The notes below the pieces were generated by a model. The model did not search any database and was not told the DNA's origin. It was given only the letters and a program-made list of their open reading frames with translations. The translations under genes and the position numbers were made by a program. Positions 19,811 to 30,154 of a stretch of DNA of 64,000 bases are shown piece by piece. Origin of the DNA: an uncultured Pseudomonadota bacterium (GTDB lineage Bacteria > Oederibacteriota > Muellerivitia > Muellerivitales > Muellerivitaceae); assembly GCA_963836235.1 (NCBI GenBank), contig CAWIIP010000002.1, forward strand, positions 1,440,001 through 1,504,000, read 5' to 3'. Position 1 is the first letter of the stretch. Each line of letters opens with the position of its first letter.

Positions 19811-21208
19811 ATGAATGCTTCAGCTGATCTGTGGGATCGCTGTCTAGAGAACCTCAAAAAAGACTTAAATCGCCAAAGTTTTGAAACTTGGTTCAAGCCT
19901 ACCAAAGCTTCCGTAACCGAAAACAACACTCTTAAAGTCCAGGTTCCCAATGAATTCTTCCGGGATTGGATCCGGGACCATTACCAACCTCAAATTCAAA
20001 AGGCTTTGAAAGCCCTTCATCCAGAGCAATTGGAAATTCAATTTGAAATAGAACCCGTTAAGCCTCATCAAACAACCCTTCCTCTTCCGGGATCAGTCGA
20101 AGAAAAGCTATCAATGGAAGTCGTTGAAAAACCCCGCTTGAGCATGCCCACGCCTACCAAATCAGCTGGAGATTCTGAGTTCACGCTTAATACAAAATTT
20201 AACTTTGAAAGTTTTGTCGTGGGAAATAGTAACCGTTTTGCCCACGCCGCATGCCTAGCGGTAGCGGAGTCTCCGGCCCGGTCCTACAACCCCTTGTTTA
20301 TCTATGGGGGAGTTGGTTTGGGGAAAACTCATTTGCTTCAGGCTATTGGTAACTTCGTCGTGGAACAGAATCCTAATATCAAGGTTCTTTATATCTCTTC
20401 AGAGAAGTTCATGAATGATTTCATTCAAGCCATCCAATCGGGCCGCCATCAGGATTTTCGAAATAAATACCGGACAGTCGATGTGCTCCTGATCGACGAT
20501 ATTCAGTTTTGGGAAGGTAAGGAATCAACCCAGGAAGAGTTTTTCCATACGTTCAATGTTTTATATGAAGCCCAAAAGCAAATCGTCGCCACCTCCGACA
20601 GTCATCCCAAGGAAATCAAGCTGGAAGAACGGTTAAAAAACCGATTTGAAATGGGTCTTATCACTGATATTCAGGAACCAGATATTGAGACTCGAATCGC
20701 TATTCTTCGCAAGAAAGCGGAGAGTGAGGGTATTCTGGTTCCCAATGAGGTGACCGTTTTTATCGCCAATCACGCCAAAGCCAATATTCGTGAGCTGGAA
20801 GGCGCTATGTTGCGGGTGATCGCTTTCGCCTCCCTAACGCGCCAAGAAATCTCCTTGGAACTCGTCAAAGAAGTCTTGAAAGACACTTTGCCCAGCGAGG
20901 ATAGAAGAGTCTCCGTGGACTCAATCCAAAGGGTAGTCGCAGAACGTTACAACTGTAAGTTCTCCGATATGAAGTCTAAAAAACGAACCAAACAAATCGC
21001 TTTTCCCCGGCAAATCGCCATGTATCTCTCCCGGGAACTTACCGCCCATTCTCTAAGTGAAATAGGGGCGACTTTCGGTGGAAAAGATCACACCACGATT
21101 ATTCATGCTTACGAAAAAATAGAAGAACTCTTAACTACAGACATCACTCTTTTAGCCGAAGTAAACAGTATTAAGAAACAGCTTTCCGAAGGAAATTACT
21201 TCGTTTGA
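19811..21208 (+). CDS. dnaA: Chromosomal replication initiator DnaA
   Basis: YNPLFIYGGVGLGKTHL, LLIDDIQF, QEEFFHTFN, RQIAMYL, GGKDHTT. Confidence 0.98.
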   Translation: MNASADLWDRCLENLKKDLNRQSFETWFKPTKASVTENNTLKVQVPNEFFRDWIRDHYQPQIQKALKALHPEQLEIQFEIEPVKPHQTTLPLPGSVEEKLSMEVVEKPRLSMPTPTKSAGDSEFTLNTKFNFESFVVGNSNRFAHAACLAVAESPARSYNPLFIYGGVGLGKTHLLQAIGNFVVEQNPNIKVLYISSEKFMNDFIQAIQSGRHQDFRNKYRTVDVLLIDDIQFWEGKESTQEEFFHTFNVLYEAQKQIVATSDSHPKEIKLEERLKNRFEMGLITDIQEPDIETRIAILRKKAESEGILVPNEVTVFIANHAKANIRELEGAMLRVIAFASLTRQEISLELVKEVLKDTLPSEDRRVSVDSIQRVVAERYNCKFSDMKSKKRTKQIAFPRQIAMYLSRELTAHSLSEIGATFGGKDHTTIIHAYEKIEELLTTDITLLAEVNSIKKQLSEGNYFV

Positions 21209-21632
21209 TTTATCCGTCAAATCAATAAATAATACTTTTTTTGAATTCAACTCTTGTTTGTTCCAAACCCCTGTCAACTTTATCTCATTTTTCAGTCCAC
21301 ATTTATTCACAATAATCTACTCACATGTCCCCATTAGTTTGTGGATTAAATGAAATACGCATCCTTTTCCACATCTCTTTCGGGATAAGACCGGTATAAA
21401 ATGAGAACAAGTAATGAGATAAACCAAAAAAGTTGCGGGCTTGTGAATTTACCCTATAATGTCCCCAAATTACTCCCAGGAATTAAAATCGTTACCGACA
21501 TTAGATTAAAACAAAATAAAGCTTTTCATACACATATCCCCCACACCTACTACTACTACTAGTCTTTAAATTTAAAAATCTTTTTAGAAGAATTAGTCGT
21601 AAATCCGTTAATAAGTTTTAGAGGAGCTATCG
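21209..21632. other. Replication origin oriC (dnaA-dnaN) with DnaA boxes, DnaA-trios and AT-rich unwinding region
   Basis: TTATTCACA 21303, TGTGGATTA 21340, TTTTCCACA 21365; TCATACACA-TATCCCCCACA then CTACTACTACTACT (21547-21560) and TTTAAATTTAAAAA. Confidence 0.88.
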
Positions 21633-22751
21633 ATGAAAGTTGTTCTAACAAGAGGCGATCTTTTAAAAGGAATTTCGACCGTTCAAAGCGCTGTCGCGGC
21701 TAAAAATACCATGCCTATTTTGGCAAATGTTTTATTAGAGGCCCGGGATAAAAAACTAGAATTTGTGGCGACTGATTTAGATATGGGAATTCGCTGTAGT
21801 GTCCAGGCAGAAGTAGTGGATAAGGGAAGTATCACGATTAATGCCAAAAAATTATCGGATATTGTTAGGGAATTACCGGAAGCCTCTGTGGATTTAGAAA
21901 TAGATGATAATCATAAGATGATTTTAATCTGCCAAAAATCAAATTTTAAGATACATGGCCTTCCAAAAGATGATTTTCCTATTTTACCCGAGGTTAAAAA
22001 AGATAAGGTTTTTAAAGTAAAAGGTTCTTTACTTCAGGAGATGATTCGTAAAACCATATTCGCCGTTTCCACGGATGAGACCCGTTATGTCTTGAACGGT
22101 GTTTATTTTCAAGTCGAAGGTGGAAAAATAAGAATGGTTGCCACGGATGGACACCGGTTAGCTTTTATTCAAAAGAAGGTGGAAGGTAAAGCCGAAGAAA
22201 AATGCAATGTCATTATTCCTACGAAAACCCTTAATGAATTGACCAAAGTTATCACGGACGTAGGCAAGGGCAAAGAAGATGAAGTCATCGTGGAAATCAT
22301 GGCTACAGACAACCAAATTAAATTTGTTATTGAGGGAGTGGAAATCATTTCCCGGTTGATCGAGGGCCAATTTCCCAATTATGAACAGGTCATCCCCAAG
22401 GAATCGGATAAAAAAGTAGAAGCTTCGACTTCTGAGTTGGCTTCGGCTACCCGCCGCGTGGCCATCCTAACTTCTGAAAAATCGAATTCTATTCGGTATC
22501 AAATTAAAGCGGGGAAACTAACTATTTCTTCCAAAACACCCGATATGGGCGAAGCCAAAGAAGAGATGGACGTGAATTACAAGGGTGAGGAAATCGCGAT
22601 TGCTTATAACGCCAAATATGTGCTGGATGTCCTGAAAAACGTGGGAACGGATTCGGTCAATATCGAATTGACCCAGCCTTTGAGCCCGGGCATTCTCCGC
22701 CCCAAGGGTGATACGGACTATCTTTGCGTGATTATGCCAATGCGAGTGTAA
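21633..22751 (+). CDS. dnaN: DNA polymerase III beta clamp
   Basis: ATDLD, STDETRYVLNGV, VATDGHRLA, SRLIEGQFPNY, IMPMR. Confidence 0.98.
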   Translation: MKVVLTRGDLLKGISTVQSAVAAKNTMPILANVLLEARDKKLEFVATDLDMGIRCSVQAEVVDKGSITINAKKLSDIVRELPEASVDLEIDDNHKMILICQKSNFKIHGLPKDDFPILPEVKKDKVFKVKGSLLQEMIRKTIFAVSTDETRYVLNGVYFQVEGGKIRMVATDGHRLAFIQKKVEGKAEEKCNVIIPTKTLNELTKVITDVGKGKEDEVIVEIMATDNQIKFVIEGVEIISRLIEGQFPNYEQVIPKESDKKVEASTSELASATRRVAILTSEKSNSIRYQIKAGKLTISSKTPDMGEAKEEMDVNYKGEEIAIAYNAKYVLDVLKNVGTDSVNIELTQPLSPGILRPKGDTDYLCVIMPMRV

Positions 22752-22785
22752 AGCTTATTGGCGAGTTGGATATTTTAAGCCAAAG

Positions 22786-22819
22786 AAAAGCCCAGGAAAC
22801 TTTCTGGGCTTTTTTATTT
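22786..22819. terminator. Intrinsic terminator after dnaN (probably bidirectional)
   Basis: AAAAGCCCAG-GAAACTTT-CTGGGCTTTTTTATTT between convergent genes. Confidence 0.85.
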
Positions 22820-22838
22820 AGGAATCAGGGAATAAAAC

Positions 22839-23024
22839 TCAACTCTCGTAACCTGCCGGTATTTTCTGATGTTCCAAACTCATTGCCGTGATAATCGCCA
22901 AACGAAAGAGACAATCGGGACAATAGAATAAATGGCGCTCAATCATTCCCTTTTCGGGGTGATCCAACCGAAATTCCCTATAATCCGCCAGCTTTTTGCG
23001 AACCTGTTCGCATTGAATCTCCAT
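22839..23024 (-). CDS. Small zf-HC2 (ZAS anti-sigma-like zinc finger) protein
   Basis: C...LADY...IERHLFYCPDC (HxxxCxxC); strong RBS GGGAGGTG. Confidence 0.75.
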   Translation of the reverse strand: MEIQCEQVRKKLADYREFRLDHPEKGMIERHLFYCPDCLFRLAIITAMSLEHQKIPAGYES

Positions 23025-23079
23025 AAACTCACCTCCCGACTTTCAGTTGGGAAGAACAGTTAACCCAATTCCCTAAGAG

Positions 23080-23095
23080 TGCAGAGTTCGTGCCA
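23080..23095 (-). promoter_or_regulatory. Sigma54 -24/-12 promoter
   Basis: Minus strand TGGCACGAACTCTGCA with exact GG-N10-GC spacing, ~55 nt upstream of the zf-HC2 gene. Confidence 0.7.
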
Positions 23096-23315
23096 AAAAT
23101 CGTAAAGTCTTTGTAACAACGGAATTAATGTTAAATCGGCTTATTAATAGAAGGTGAGCTCCTGGTTTTTTTCGAATCTTCATAAATGGGATTAAGTGAT
23201 CGAGCTTTGAAACAACAAAAACGTTACTTTTCGTAAAAGATTTCACAAGTGGTTGTTAGAGTTTTGCCATTCCGACCGCCGAAAAGGAAGGAAAGCAGAA
23301 GGATGAAATGGTTTA

Positions 23316-26057
23316 TTAATGCAGGACCATGATCTTTAAGATTTGTTGGCCAACCTTTCCGCCGTTATTGCTTAAAAGGTCCGCGGTTGCCAAGTAAAGC
23401 CCGCTGGCGTAGCCACTGGCGTCCCAAGTAGCTTGGTTGGTCCCTGAATTTCCCTGGGTTTCAGCGGCAAGCTCACCCGCTAAGGTATATATCCTTACCC
23501 TGAGGGTTAAATTTTGACTGGAGTAATACTTAAAAGTAGTCCTAGTGACGCCCGTTGAAACCGTCAAGAGGTTGGGTTGCGCAACAAGAGTTCCATCGCT
23601 TCTGTTTCCATTCGCCGTCACCAAAATTCCTCTAGAAATATCCGATGTTCCGCCTTGTCCGTCGAACCAATGGGCTCCCAGCAGGTAATAACCGGCGGAT
23701 ACATAAGCTCCACTGTCGTTGGTCCCATCCCAAGACAAGGTAACGGCCGTTCCTGAGGTTTGGACCGCAATCAGCAAAGTAGAAGGCTGGCTTCCTCCGG
23801 CCGGGGCGCCGGGTTGCAACACGGCACTGCTTAAAACAACGTTGTTCATTTGCGCGCCAAGTGGATCGTCCACCCAGGCCAAAAGATGTTTTACCACCTC
23901 GCCCGCTTCGTTATAGACGTTCACCGATATTTTCGCCAAACTCCGGCTGACCGTGGCTTGCTGTGTGATGGTAGTCACCACTCCATAAGGGTCGACACTG
24001 TTCGCTTTGATGAAATAAACACCATTAGACACCGGATCTCCGTTGGAGTTTGTTCCGTCCCAAACCCCTAAGAGGTATCCTTGCGAGTAGATATAAATCT
24101 TGCCACTGGTCCCGGTGAGGCTGGTGATGGCGTTGCCTTGTAAGTTCAAACTGTTCACGGATTGGGATAATTGAACTACCTTAATTTGGTTGATCAATTC
24201 CCCTGCCTCGTTATAAACGCCTACATTGACAGCGTATTGGCCGGTCACCTGCACCGTGACGCTGGAAGTCAGGGGAATTCCTAATCCCGGAAAAGTCAGT
24301 TGGGCCCCATTCACGATATTGGTCCCGCTCGGAGTGAAGGGATCAACCTGGGTTTTGTAAGACAAGGTATATATTCCGGGTGTCAGGGTGGATGGCAAGC
24401 TCCAGCTGATTTGGGAGAGGTTTGAATAAAAAGTCGCGTTTCCGGCGCTGGGCGTCCCAGCGGAAACAAAGCTGACGTTGGCGGGCAAGGTATCCGTCAC
24501 GATCACATTACTCAGCGTCGTTCCCGTCAAAGTGACCCCCAAGGTATAAGTCAGCGTGTCGCCGGATTTGGCTTGGGGTTCGGATACTTGTTTTCCCATC
24601 GAAAGACCCAGGGTGGCCGTGGGTGTGGCTGTTGAAGTGTAAGTCTGGGTTGAAGTGGTTGTCCAAGAAGGCGTCAAGGTGATCGCAGGCGTATTCGTGG
24701 GCGTAAAGCTGGGCGTTGGCGTATCAGTGAGAGTGGGCGTGCTGGAAGGGGTGTTCGTGGATGTCGAGGTGGGCGTGGGAGTAACGGTGGGGCTGCTGGT
24801 TGGGGTCAGGGTTGGAGTTGGTGTTTGGGTGTTGGTGGGCGTGTAAGTAGCGGTGGGGGTGGTTGTCAGGGTAGGGCTATTCGTCGGGGTCAGAGTAAGG
24901 GTGGGTGAACAAAGTCCCGTAATCACCTCAGCCACGCCATTGCCGTAATCCACGTCGTAAAGATTACCCTGATAAAAGGCGAGGGCTTCAGGGTGGGACA
25001 GATTGGCCGAGAGGGCCGGTCCGTTGGCGGTATAACCTCCGACCCCGCTTCCGGCGACCGTGAGGATTGTACCCGTCCCCTTCACCACTTCCCGAATGAC
25101 ATGGTTGAAGTCGTCAGTCATGAATAGGTCCCCGTCACAGCCGATGGCGATGCCGTCGGGCCCACTGTTGGTGGCCAGGGTGGCGGGGCCGCCGTTTCCC
25201 GAAGCGATTCCGGAAACACCCGTCCCGGCCACGGTGGATATCAAGTCCGTTCCGGCGGCCACCATTCGGACCACGTAGTTTCCGGGATCGGCGATGAAAA
25301 GGTTTCCGGTCGCGTCGAAAGCCAGCCGTTGGGGGGCGTTCAAGGCCGCCAGGGTGGCGGGGCCCCCATCGCCCGCGTATCCGGTAACGCCCATTCCCGC
25401 CACCGTTGAAATAAGGCTGGTTCCCGCGCTGACCTCCCGGACGACGTTATTGGAGGAATCGGCGATAAAGAGATTGCCCGCCGCGTCAAACGCAAGGCCG
25501 TAGGGGCCAAAAAGCTCGGCTGAAAGGGCAGGGCCCCCATCTCCAGAATATCCTTGGAAGCCATTCCCCGCCACAGTCGTGATGGCGCCGCCAGCGGCGA
25601 AGACCTCGCGGACCACGTCATTGTAATAATCCCCGATATAAAGATTGTTATTAGAATCCACAGCGAGACCGGCCGGATAATTCAGTTCCGCGGAAGTCGC
25701 GGGCCCGCCATCCCCCGAATATCCGCAATCACCGCTGGTGACTCCCGCCGATATCACGTAGGAACCGGCGACCGTCGAAATGATGCCGGTTCCAGCGGCG
25801 ACTTTCCGGACGACGCAATTGTTGGCGTCGGCGATGTAAAGGTTCCCAAGGGAATCAAAGGCAAGGTCGTCGGGGGTTTCAAACTGGGCGAGGGTGGCGG
25901 GCCCGCCATCTCCCGAATACCAGACGGCCAAAGTGCTTGGGCCGCTGCCGGCGATCGTGGTGATCGTTTGGCCCCAAGCCGAAGTTAAAGACAAGCTTCC
26001 GAATCCTAGAAAAATAAAAAAGCATGCCGATAAAAAGAATTTAATAATCCACCGCAT
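23316..26057 (-). CDS. Secreted NHL-repeat beta-propeller protein with Thr/Pro linker, DUF11-like and FlgD-Ig-like domains
   Basis: Signal peptide; repeats [14 protein letters not shown]..P.GLA.D..GNL.IAD; TPT tract; GDTLTYTL...VTDTLP; three VYN/T.AGE...WDG units. Confidence 0.85.
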   Translation of the reverse strand: MRWIIKFFLSACFFIFLGFGSLSLTSAWGQTITTIAGSGPSTLAVWYSGDGGPATLAQFETPDDLAFDSLGNLYIADANNCVVRKVAAGTGIISTVAGSYVISAGVTSGDCGYSGDGGPATSAELNYPAGLAVDSNNNLYIGDYYNDVVREVFAAGGAITTVAGNGFQGYSGDGGPALSAELFGPYGLAFDAAGNLFIADSSNNVVREVSAGTSLISTVAGMGVTGYAGDGGPATLAALNAPQRLAFDATGNLFIADPGNYVVRMVAAGTDLISTVAGTGVSGIASGNGGPATLATNSGPDGIAIGCDGDLFMTDDFNHVIREVVKGTGTILTVAGSGVGGYTANGPALSANLSHPEALAFYQGNLYDVDYGNGVAEVITGLCSPTLTLTPTNSPTLTTTPTATYTPTNTQTPTPTLTPTSSPTVTPTPTSTSTNTPSSTPTLTDTPTPSFTPTNTPAITLTPSWTTTSTQTYTSTATPTATLGLSMGKQVSEPQAKSGDTLTYTLGVTLTGTTLSNVIVTDTLPANVSFVSAGTPSAGNATFYSNLSQISWSLPSTLTPGIYTLSYKTQVDPFTPSGTNIVNGAQLTFPGLGIPLTSSVTVQVTGQYAVNVGVYNEAGELINQIKVVQLSQSVNSLNLQGNAITSLTGTSGKIYIYSQGYLLGVWDGTNSNGDPVSNGVYFIKANSVDPYGVVTTITQQATVSRSLAKISVNVYNEAGEVVKHLLAWVDDPLGAQMNNVVLSSAVLQPGAPAGGSQPSTLLIAVQTSGTAVTLSWDGTNDSGAYVSAGYYLLGAHWFDGQGGTSDISRGILVTANGNRSDGTLVAQPNLLTVSTGVTRTTFKYYSSQNLTLRVRIYTLAGELAAETQGNSGTNQATWDASGYASGLYLATADLLSNNGGKVGQQILKIMVLH

Positions 26058-26383
26058 CCATAGGTTCCTGATTCCGGGATAACTTCACTCTATAGACCGG
26101 CAATAAGCCTTTTATTCCAAGATAATTTATGGATTTAAAGCCTTGGTTTTGGGTCAAAAGCCCTCTTTTTGTGATAAAGGCGCTTGTTCATCCTCTGTAC
26201 TTAGGCCTGCCACAAACGATTCCGCGACTTCACCGCTGTTATTCCTAAAAGTAACAGATAGCGGCTTCTTGGCCGGTGAACTCAAGTTTTACATTTGAGA
26301 TAAAATATCTGTTCGATCATTCAAGTAAAAAGGTCCAAGCCGATACCCTACCCGATAGGGAAGGCCAAGCTTATAATCTTTCC

Positions 26384-29380
26384 ATGTTTTTAAAAACCGC
26401 TCCCTCCACCCGCACACCCAATCAGATACTCTCCCATTTGAAATCACGTGAGGACTTAAGGGACCGCATCAAACACGTGGAGATGATCGCTTCCCGGCCG
26501 CCCCGATTCCACGCCTGGCCCAAGACCCTTTCAAAAGACCTCGTCCAACTTTTGGAGAAATCCGGCTATGAGGCGCTCTGGTCCCACCAAGCCCACGCGG
26601 TGGAGGCCCTCCACCGGGGCAGCCACGTGGCGGTGACCACGCCCACGGCCTCGGGCAAGACCCTTTGTTTCAACCTGCCTGTCATGCAGTCGGTCCTGGA
26701 AAACACCAAGGCCCGGGCGCTTTATCTTTACCCCATGAAGGCCCTGGCCCAGGACCAATTGAAAACCCTGCAGGAATGGATGGGGCGGCTGAAGGCCGCC
26801 AAGCTCCCGCCCTTCAGCGCCGAAATTTACGACGGGGACACGGCCACGGGCGTGCGGGCCAAGATCAAGAAAAACCCGCCCAACATCCTGCTCACCAACC
26901 CGGATATGCTTCACCTCGGCATCCTGGCCTTCCATGACGGCTGGGCGGAATTCTTCAAGAACCTCAAGTACGTGGTAGTGGACGAGGCCCATAGCTACCG
27001 GGGTATCTTTGGCTCCCATGTGGCTCATGTGCTTCGCCGCTTGAGGCGCGTCTGCCGCTATTACGGGGCCGATCCCCAATTCGTCACCTGTTCGGCCACT
27101 CTGGGAAACCCGGAAGAATTCCTGACCCAATTGACAGGGCTCAATTTCGAGATTATTTCCGAAACCGGCGCCCCGCAAAACGCCAAGACCTTCGTGCTCT
27201 GGAACCCCGACACCACCTCGCCCTACTCGGAAGCCGTGACGCTTCTGATTGAACTTTTAAAGGCGGGAATGAAAACCATCGTTTTTACCAAGGCCCGCAA
27301 GATTACCGAACTCATCAGCCTTTGGGTGACCCAGGCTCGGCCCGAGTGGGCCCCGCAAATCAAAAGCTACCGGGCCGGTTACCTGCCCGAGGAGCGCCGG
27401 GAAATCGAGGCCAAGCTTTTCAAGGACGAACTCAAAGCCGTCATTTCCACCTCGGCCCTGGAAGTGGGCATCGATGTGGGCGGGCTGGACGCCTGCATCC
27501 TGGTGGGCTATCCCGGCACCATGATTTCCACCTGGCAGCGCTCGGGCCGGGTGGGACGGGGGGAAGCCCCCTCGGTGGTTTTCTTGGTGGCCATGGCCGA
27601 CGCCATGGACCAATATTGGATGAAGCACCCGGCCAGATTTTTCACCATGAAGCCCGAATCCCTCATGGTGGGCTTCGAGAACGAGAATATCGCGAGGGCC
27701 CACCTGCGCTGCGGGGCCTCGGAAGTTCCCCTGACATCGGAAGACAAGTTTTTCTACGGCAAATTATTGGACGAGCTCCTGCCTCCCATGGTGAAGGAGG
27801 GAAAGGTCTTGGAATCGGCCAGCGGGAACAAATGGCTGGTGACGGACAAGAACCCCCAGCGAGGCATTAATATCCGTGACATGGGGGAGGGCTATCAAAT
27901 CATCACCCAGGAAACGGGTGAACTCATCGGCACCATCGACGGAATGCGAGCTTTCCGGGACTGTCACCCGGGGGCGGTCTACCTGCACCAGGGGGTGCAA
28001 TATGTAGTCAAAGAATTCCAGTGGGAACAGCACAAGATCCTGGTGTCGGATGAGCCGGTGGACTATTACACCCAGGTCAATTACGAGGAAGAAACGGAGA
28101 TTTTGGAGGAAATGAAAAGGCGGCCCTTGGGGCCGGGAAAATCCAATTGCTCCATCAAATGGGGGAAGGTCAAGATCACCCAGCGCTTTATCAATTACGA
28201 GGTGCACCGTATCGTGGATCGGTCGCTGGTCTCCACCTATCCCCTGACCCTTCCGCCCCAAACTTTCGAGACCCGGGCCCTTTGGATGGTCCTGCCGGAC
28301 TGGCTTCAGCGGCACCTGGCCGACCGAAAGCTTCATTTTATGGGAGGCCTGCACGCGGCGGAGCACGGCACCATCGCCATGATGCCCCTGCACGTGGTCT
28401 GCGATCGGTGGGACCTGGGCGGCATCTCCACCCCCGCCCATCCGCAGGTGCCCCAGCCCGTCATTTTTATTTACGACGGTTATCCGGGGGGCGTGGGCCT
28501 CACCGAGAGGGCCTATGAGACCATGGAAGAACTTTTAACCACGACCTTTGAAATGATCCGGGACTGCGAATGCGAGGAGGGATGTCCTTCCTGCGTGCAG
28601 AGCCCCAAATGCGGAAGCGGGAACCATCCGTTGGACAAAAGGGGCGCTCTTCTCATCTTGGGCCATATCCTTGGAAGGGAGGATTTCAAATCGCAGTCGG
28701 GATCGGTGCCTTCCCACCCCCGGCCTGAAAAACTTGCCCCGATTGAGCTCTTGCCCCAAGGCGAGGAGCTGGAACTTTCACCGGCGCCCCAAACTTCGGC
28801 GGTGCCCTTGCCGAAACAGCCCCCGCCGCCCTCCCAAACCGGTCCCGTGGTGTTCGACATCGAGACCCAATTTTTAGCGGGGGAAATTCCCGGGGGATGG
28901 AGCAACCTAGTTGGAATGAAGCTTTCCTGCGCGGTGGCCTACGACGTGGACCAGGACAAGTACTACACCTACGTGGAAGAAAACGTGCAGGACCTGATCG
29001 CCCACCTGCGCGCCTCCAGTCGAGTGATCGGTTTCAACAGCCTGCGCTTCGACTATGGCGTCTTGCAGGGCTATACCACCTTCCAACTCCAAAACTTACC
29101 GACGCTGGATCTCATGGCGGACTTACAGAAAAAACTGGGCCACCGCCTGTCCCTGGCGCACTTAGCCGAACATAGTTTGGGTGGGGCTGAAAAAAGCGCC
29201 GACGGTCTTTTGGCGGTCCAATGGTGGCGGGAAGAAAAGTATGAGCAGGTCATCGACTATTGCCGACAGGACGTGAAATTGACTTACGACCTTTGGAAGT
29301 TCGGCCGGGAGAAGGGCCACGTGTTGTTCAAGCACAAACAGTCGGGCGAGATCGTGAAGTGCCCGGTGAGTTGGGGATAG
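26384..29380 (+). CDS. DEAH helicase (MrfA/YprA/Hrq1-like, DUF1998) fused to an RNase_H_2/DEDD exonuclease domain
   Basis: TPTASGKT, DEAH, SAT, QRSGRVGR, four-Cys CECEEGCPSCVQSPKC; C-terminal FDIET...IGFN..RFD...YCRQDV. Confidence 0.9.
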   Translation: MFLKTAPSTRTPNQILSHLKSREDLRDRIKHVEMIASRPPRFHAWPKTLSKDLVQLLEKSGYEALWSHQAHAVEALHRGSHVAVTTPTASGKTLCFNLPVMQSVLENTKARALYLYPMKALAQDQLKTLQEWMGRLKAAKLPPFSAEIYDGDTATGVRAKIKKNPPNILLTNPDMLHLGILAFHDGWAEFFKNLKYVVVDEAHSYRGIFGSHVAHVLRRLRRVCRYYGADPQFVTCSATLGNPEEFLTQLTGLNFEIISETGAPQNAKTFVLWNPDTTSPYSEAVTLLIELLKAGMKTIVFTKARKITELISLWVTQARPEWAPQIKSYRAGYLPEERREIEAKLFKDELKAVISTSALEVGIDVGGLDACILVGYPGTMISTWQRSGRVGRGEAPSVVFLVAMADAMDQYWMKHPARFFTMKPESLMVGFENENIARAHLRCGASEVPLTSEDKFFYGKLLDELLPPMVKEGKVLESASGNKWLVTDKNPQRGINIRDMGEGYQIITQETGELIGTIDGMRAFRDCHPGAVYLHQGVQYVVKEFQWEQHKILVSDEPVDYYTQVNYEEETEILEEMKRRPLGPGKSNCSIKWGKVKITQRFINYEVHRIVDRSLVSTYPLTLPPQTFETRALWMVLPDWLQRHLADRKLHFMGGLHAAEHGTIAMMPLHVVCDRWDLGGISTPAHPQVPQPVIFIYDGYPGGVGLTERAYETMEELLTTTFEMIRDCECEEGCPSCVQSPKCGSGNHPLDKRGALLILGHILGREDFKSQSGSVPSHPRPEKLAPIELLPQGEELELSPAPQTSAVPLPKQPPPPSQTGPVVFDIETQFLAGEIPGGWSNLVGMKLSCAVAYDVDQDKYYTYVEENVQDLIAHLRASSRVIGFNSLRFDYGVLQGYTTFQLQNLPTLDLMADLQKKLGHRLSLAHLAEHSLGGAEKSADGLLAVQWWREEKYEQVIDYCRQDVKLTYDLWKFGREKGHVLFKHKQSGEIVKCPVSWG

Positions 29381-29456
29381 AGAGAAAGCCCCCCAACCCG
29401 TTTGGGGCAGGCTGGAGGACCCGGAGAGAGAAGCGAAGAAAGCCACTTCCCTTGGG
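29378..29456 (-). ncRNA. Candidate sigma54-dependent small RNA (~80 nt)
   Basis: Lies between a -24/-12 promoter and the hairpin CCCCAA-ACGGG-TTGGGG followed by GGCTTTCTCTCT; pyrimidine-rich body. Confidence 0.45.
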
Positions 29457-29466
29457 AATAAACTAA

Positions 29467-29482
29467 AGCAAAAGTCATGCCT
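29467..29482 (-). promoter_or_regulatory. Sigma54 -24/-12 promoter
   Basis: Minus strand AGGCATGACTTTTGCT; GG at 29481/29480, GC at 29469/29468. Confidence 0.6.
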
Positions 29483-29642
29483 CGTGAATCATTGGGAAAT
29501 GCGGGTCTTCTCCCTTCGAGAGGGCTTCAAAAAAGTAACCTTAATCCAAAACTGTTTGAAATAACATCTTTCTAAAATGGACTTAGTCCGAATCAGTCAC
29601 CCGAAGTTGAATTAAATGGCTTGGAAAGGTTATATTTCTTCC

Positions 29643-30050
29643 ATGAAAAAACCCGCTAAGACAAAAGTCACGATTGAGATGGCCATCATGTCCTTCGAGA
29701 CGGACTATCAGGGCATCGTGAACAACACCGAGTTTATCCGGTTCGTGGAAAGGGTGCGCTACGCCCTGTCCAAAAAGCTGGGCTTCTCCTTTAAGCAGGT
29801 CCGCAACGCCAAGCTTTGGACCGTGATGGCCCATGTGGAGATCAACTACCACACCCCGGGACGCTTTGAGGACATCATGCTGGGCACCGGATGGGTCGAG
29901 AGGGTCGGCAATACGTCCCTGACCCTGGGTTATGAATTTAGGCTTAAAGGGGTGAAACGCCTGATCGCGGACGCCAAACAAGTGTTGGTCTTCGTGAATA
30001 CGGATTTAAAGCCCACGCCTATCCCCGCCCACCTTCGAAAAAAATTGTAA
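29643..30050 (+). CDS. Acyl-CoA thioesterase (4HBT/YbgC hotdog fold)
   Basis: ETDYQGIVNN..F.RF.E.R, INYHTPGRFED, RVGNTS. Confidence 0.85.
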   Translation: MKKPAKTKVTIEMAIMSFETDYQGIVNNTEFIRFVERVRYALSKKLGFSFKQVRNAKLWTVMAHVEINYHTPGRFEDIMLGTGWVERVGNTSLTLGYEFRLKGVKRLIADAKQVLVFVNTDLKPTPIPAHLRKKL

Positions 30051-30154
30051 CTTACCCGAAAAAAGAGCTATATATTTGGGTTAGCAGGCCCTTGTATTGA
30101 GGCCGGTTCAAGGGTATTTTAACGGCCTGCCGCAAAGTGATGACAAGGATTCTT

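Noticed and set aside
24600-24910. Thr/Pro tracts (also 34.4-34.8 kb and 42.4-43.6 kb) as DNA tandem repeats or antisense Val/Gly ORFs
   Set aside because: Protein-level low complexity with varied codons; the antisense ORFs are shadows.
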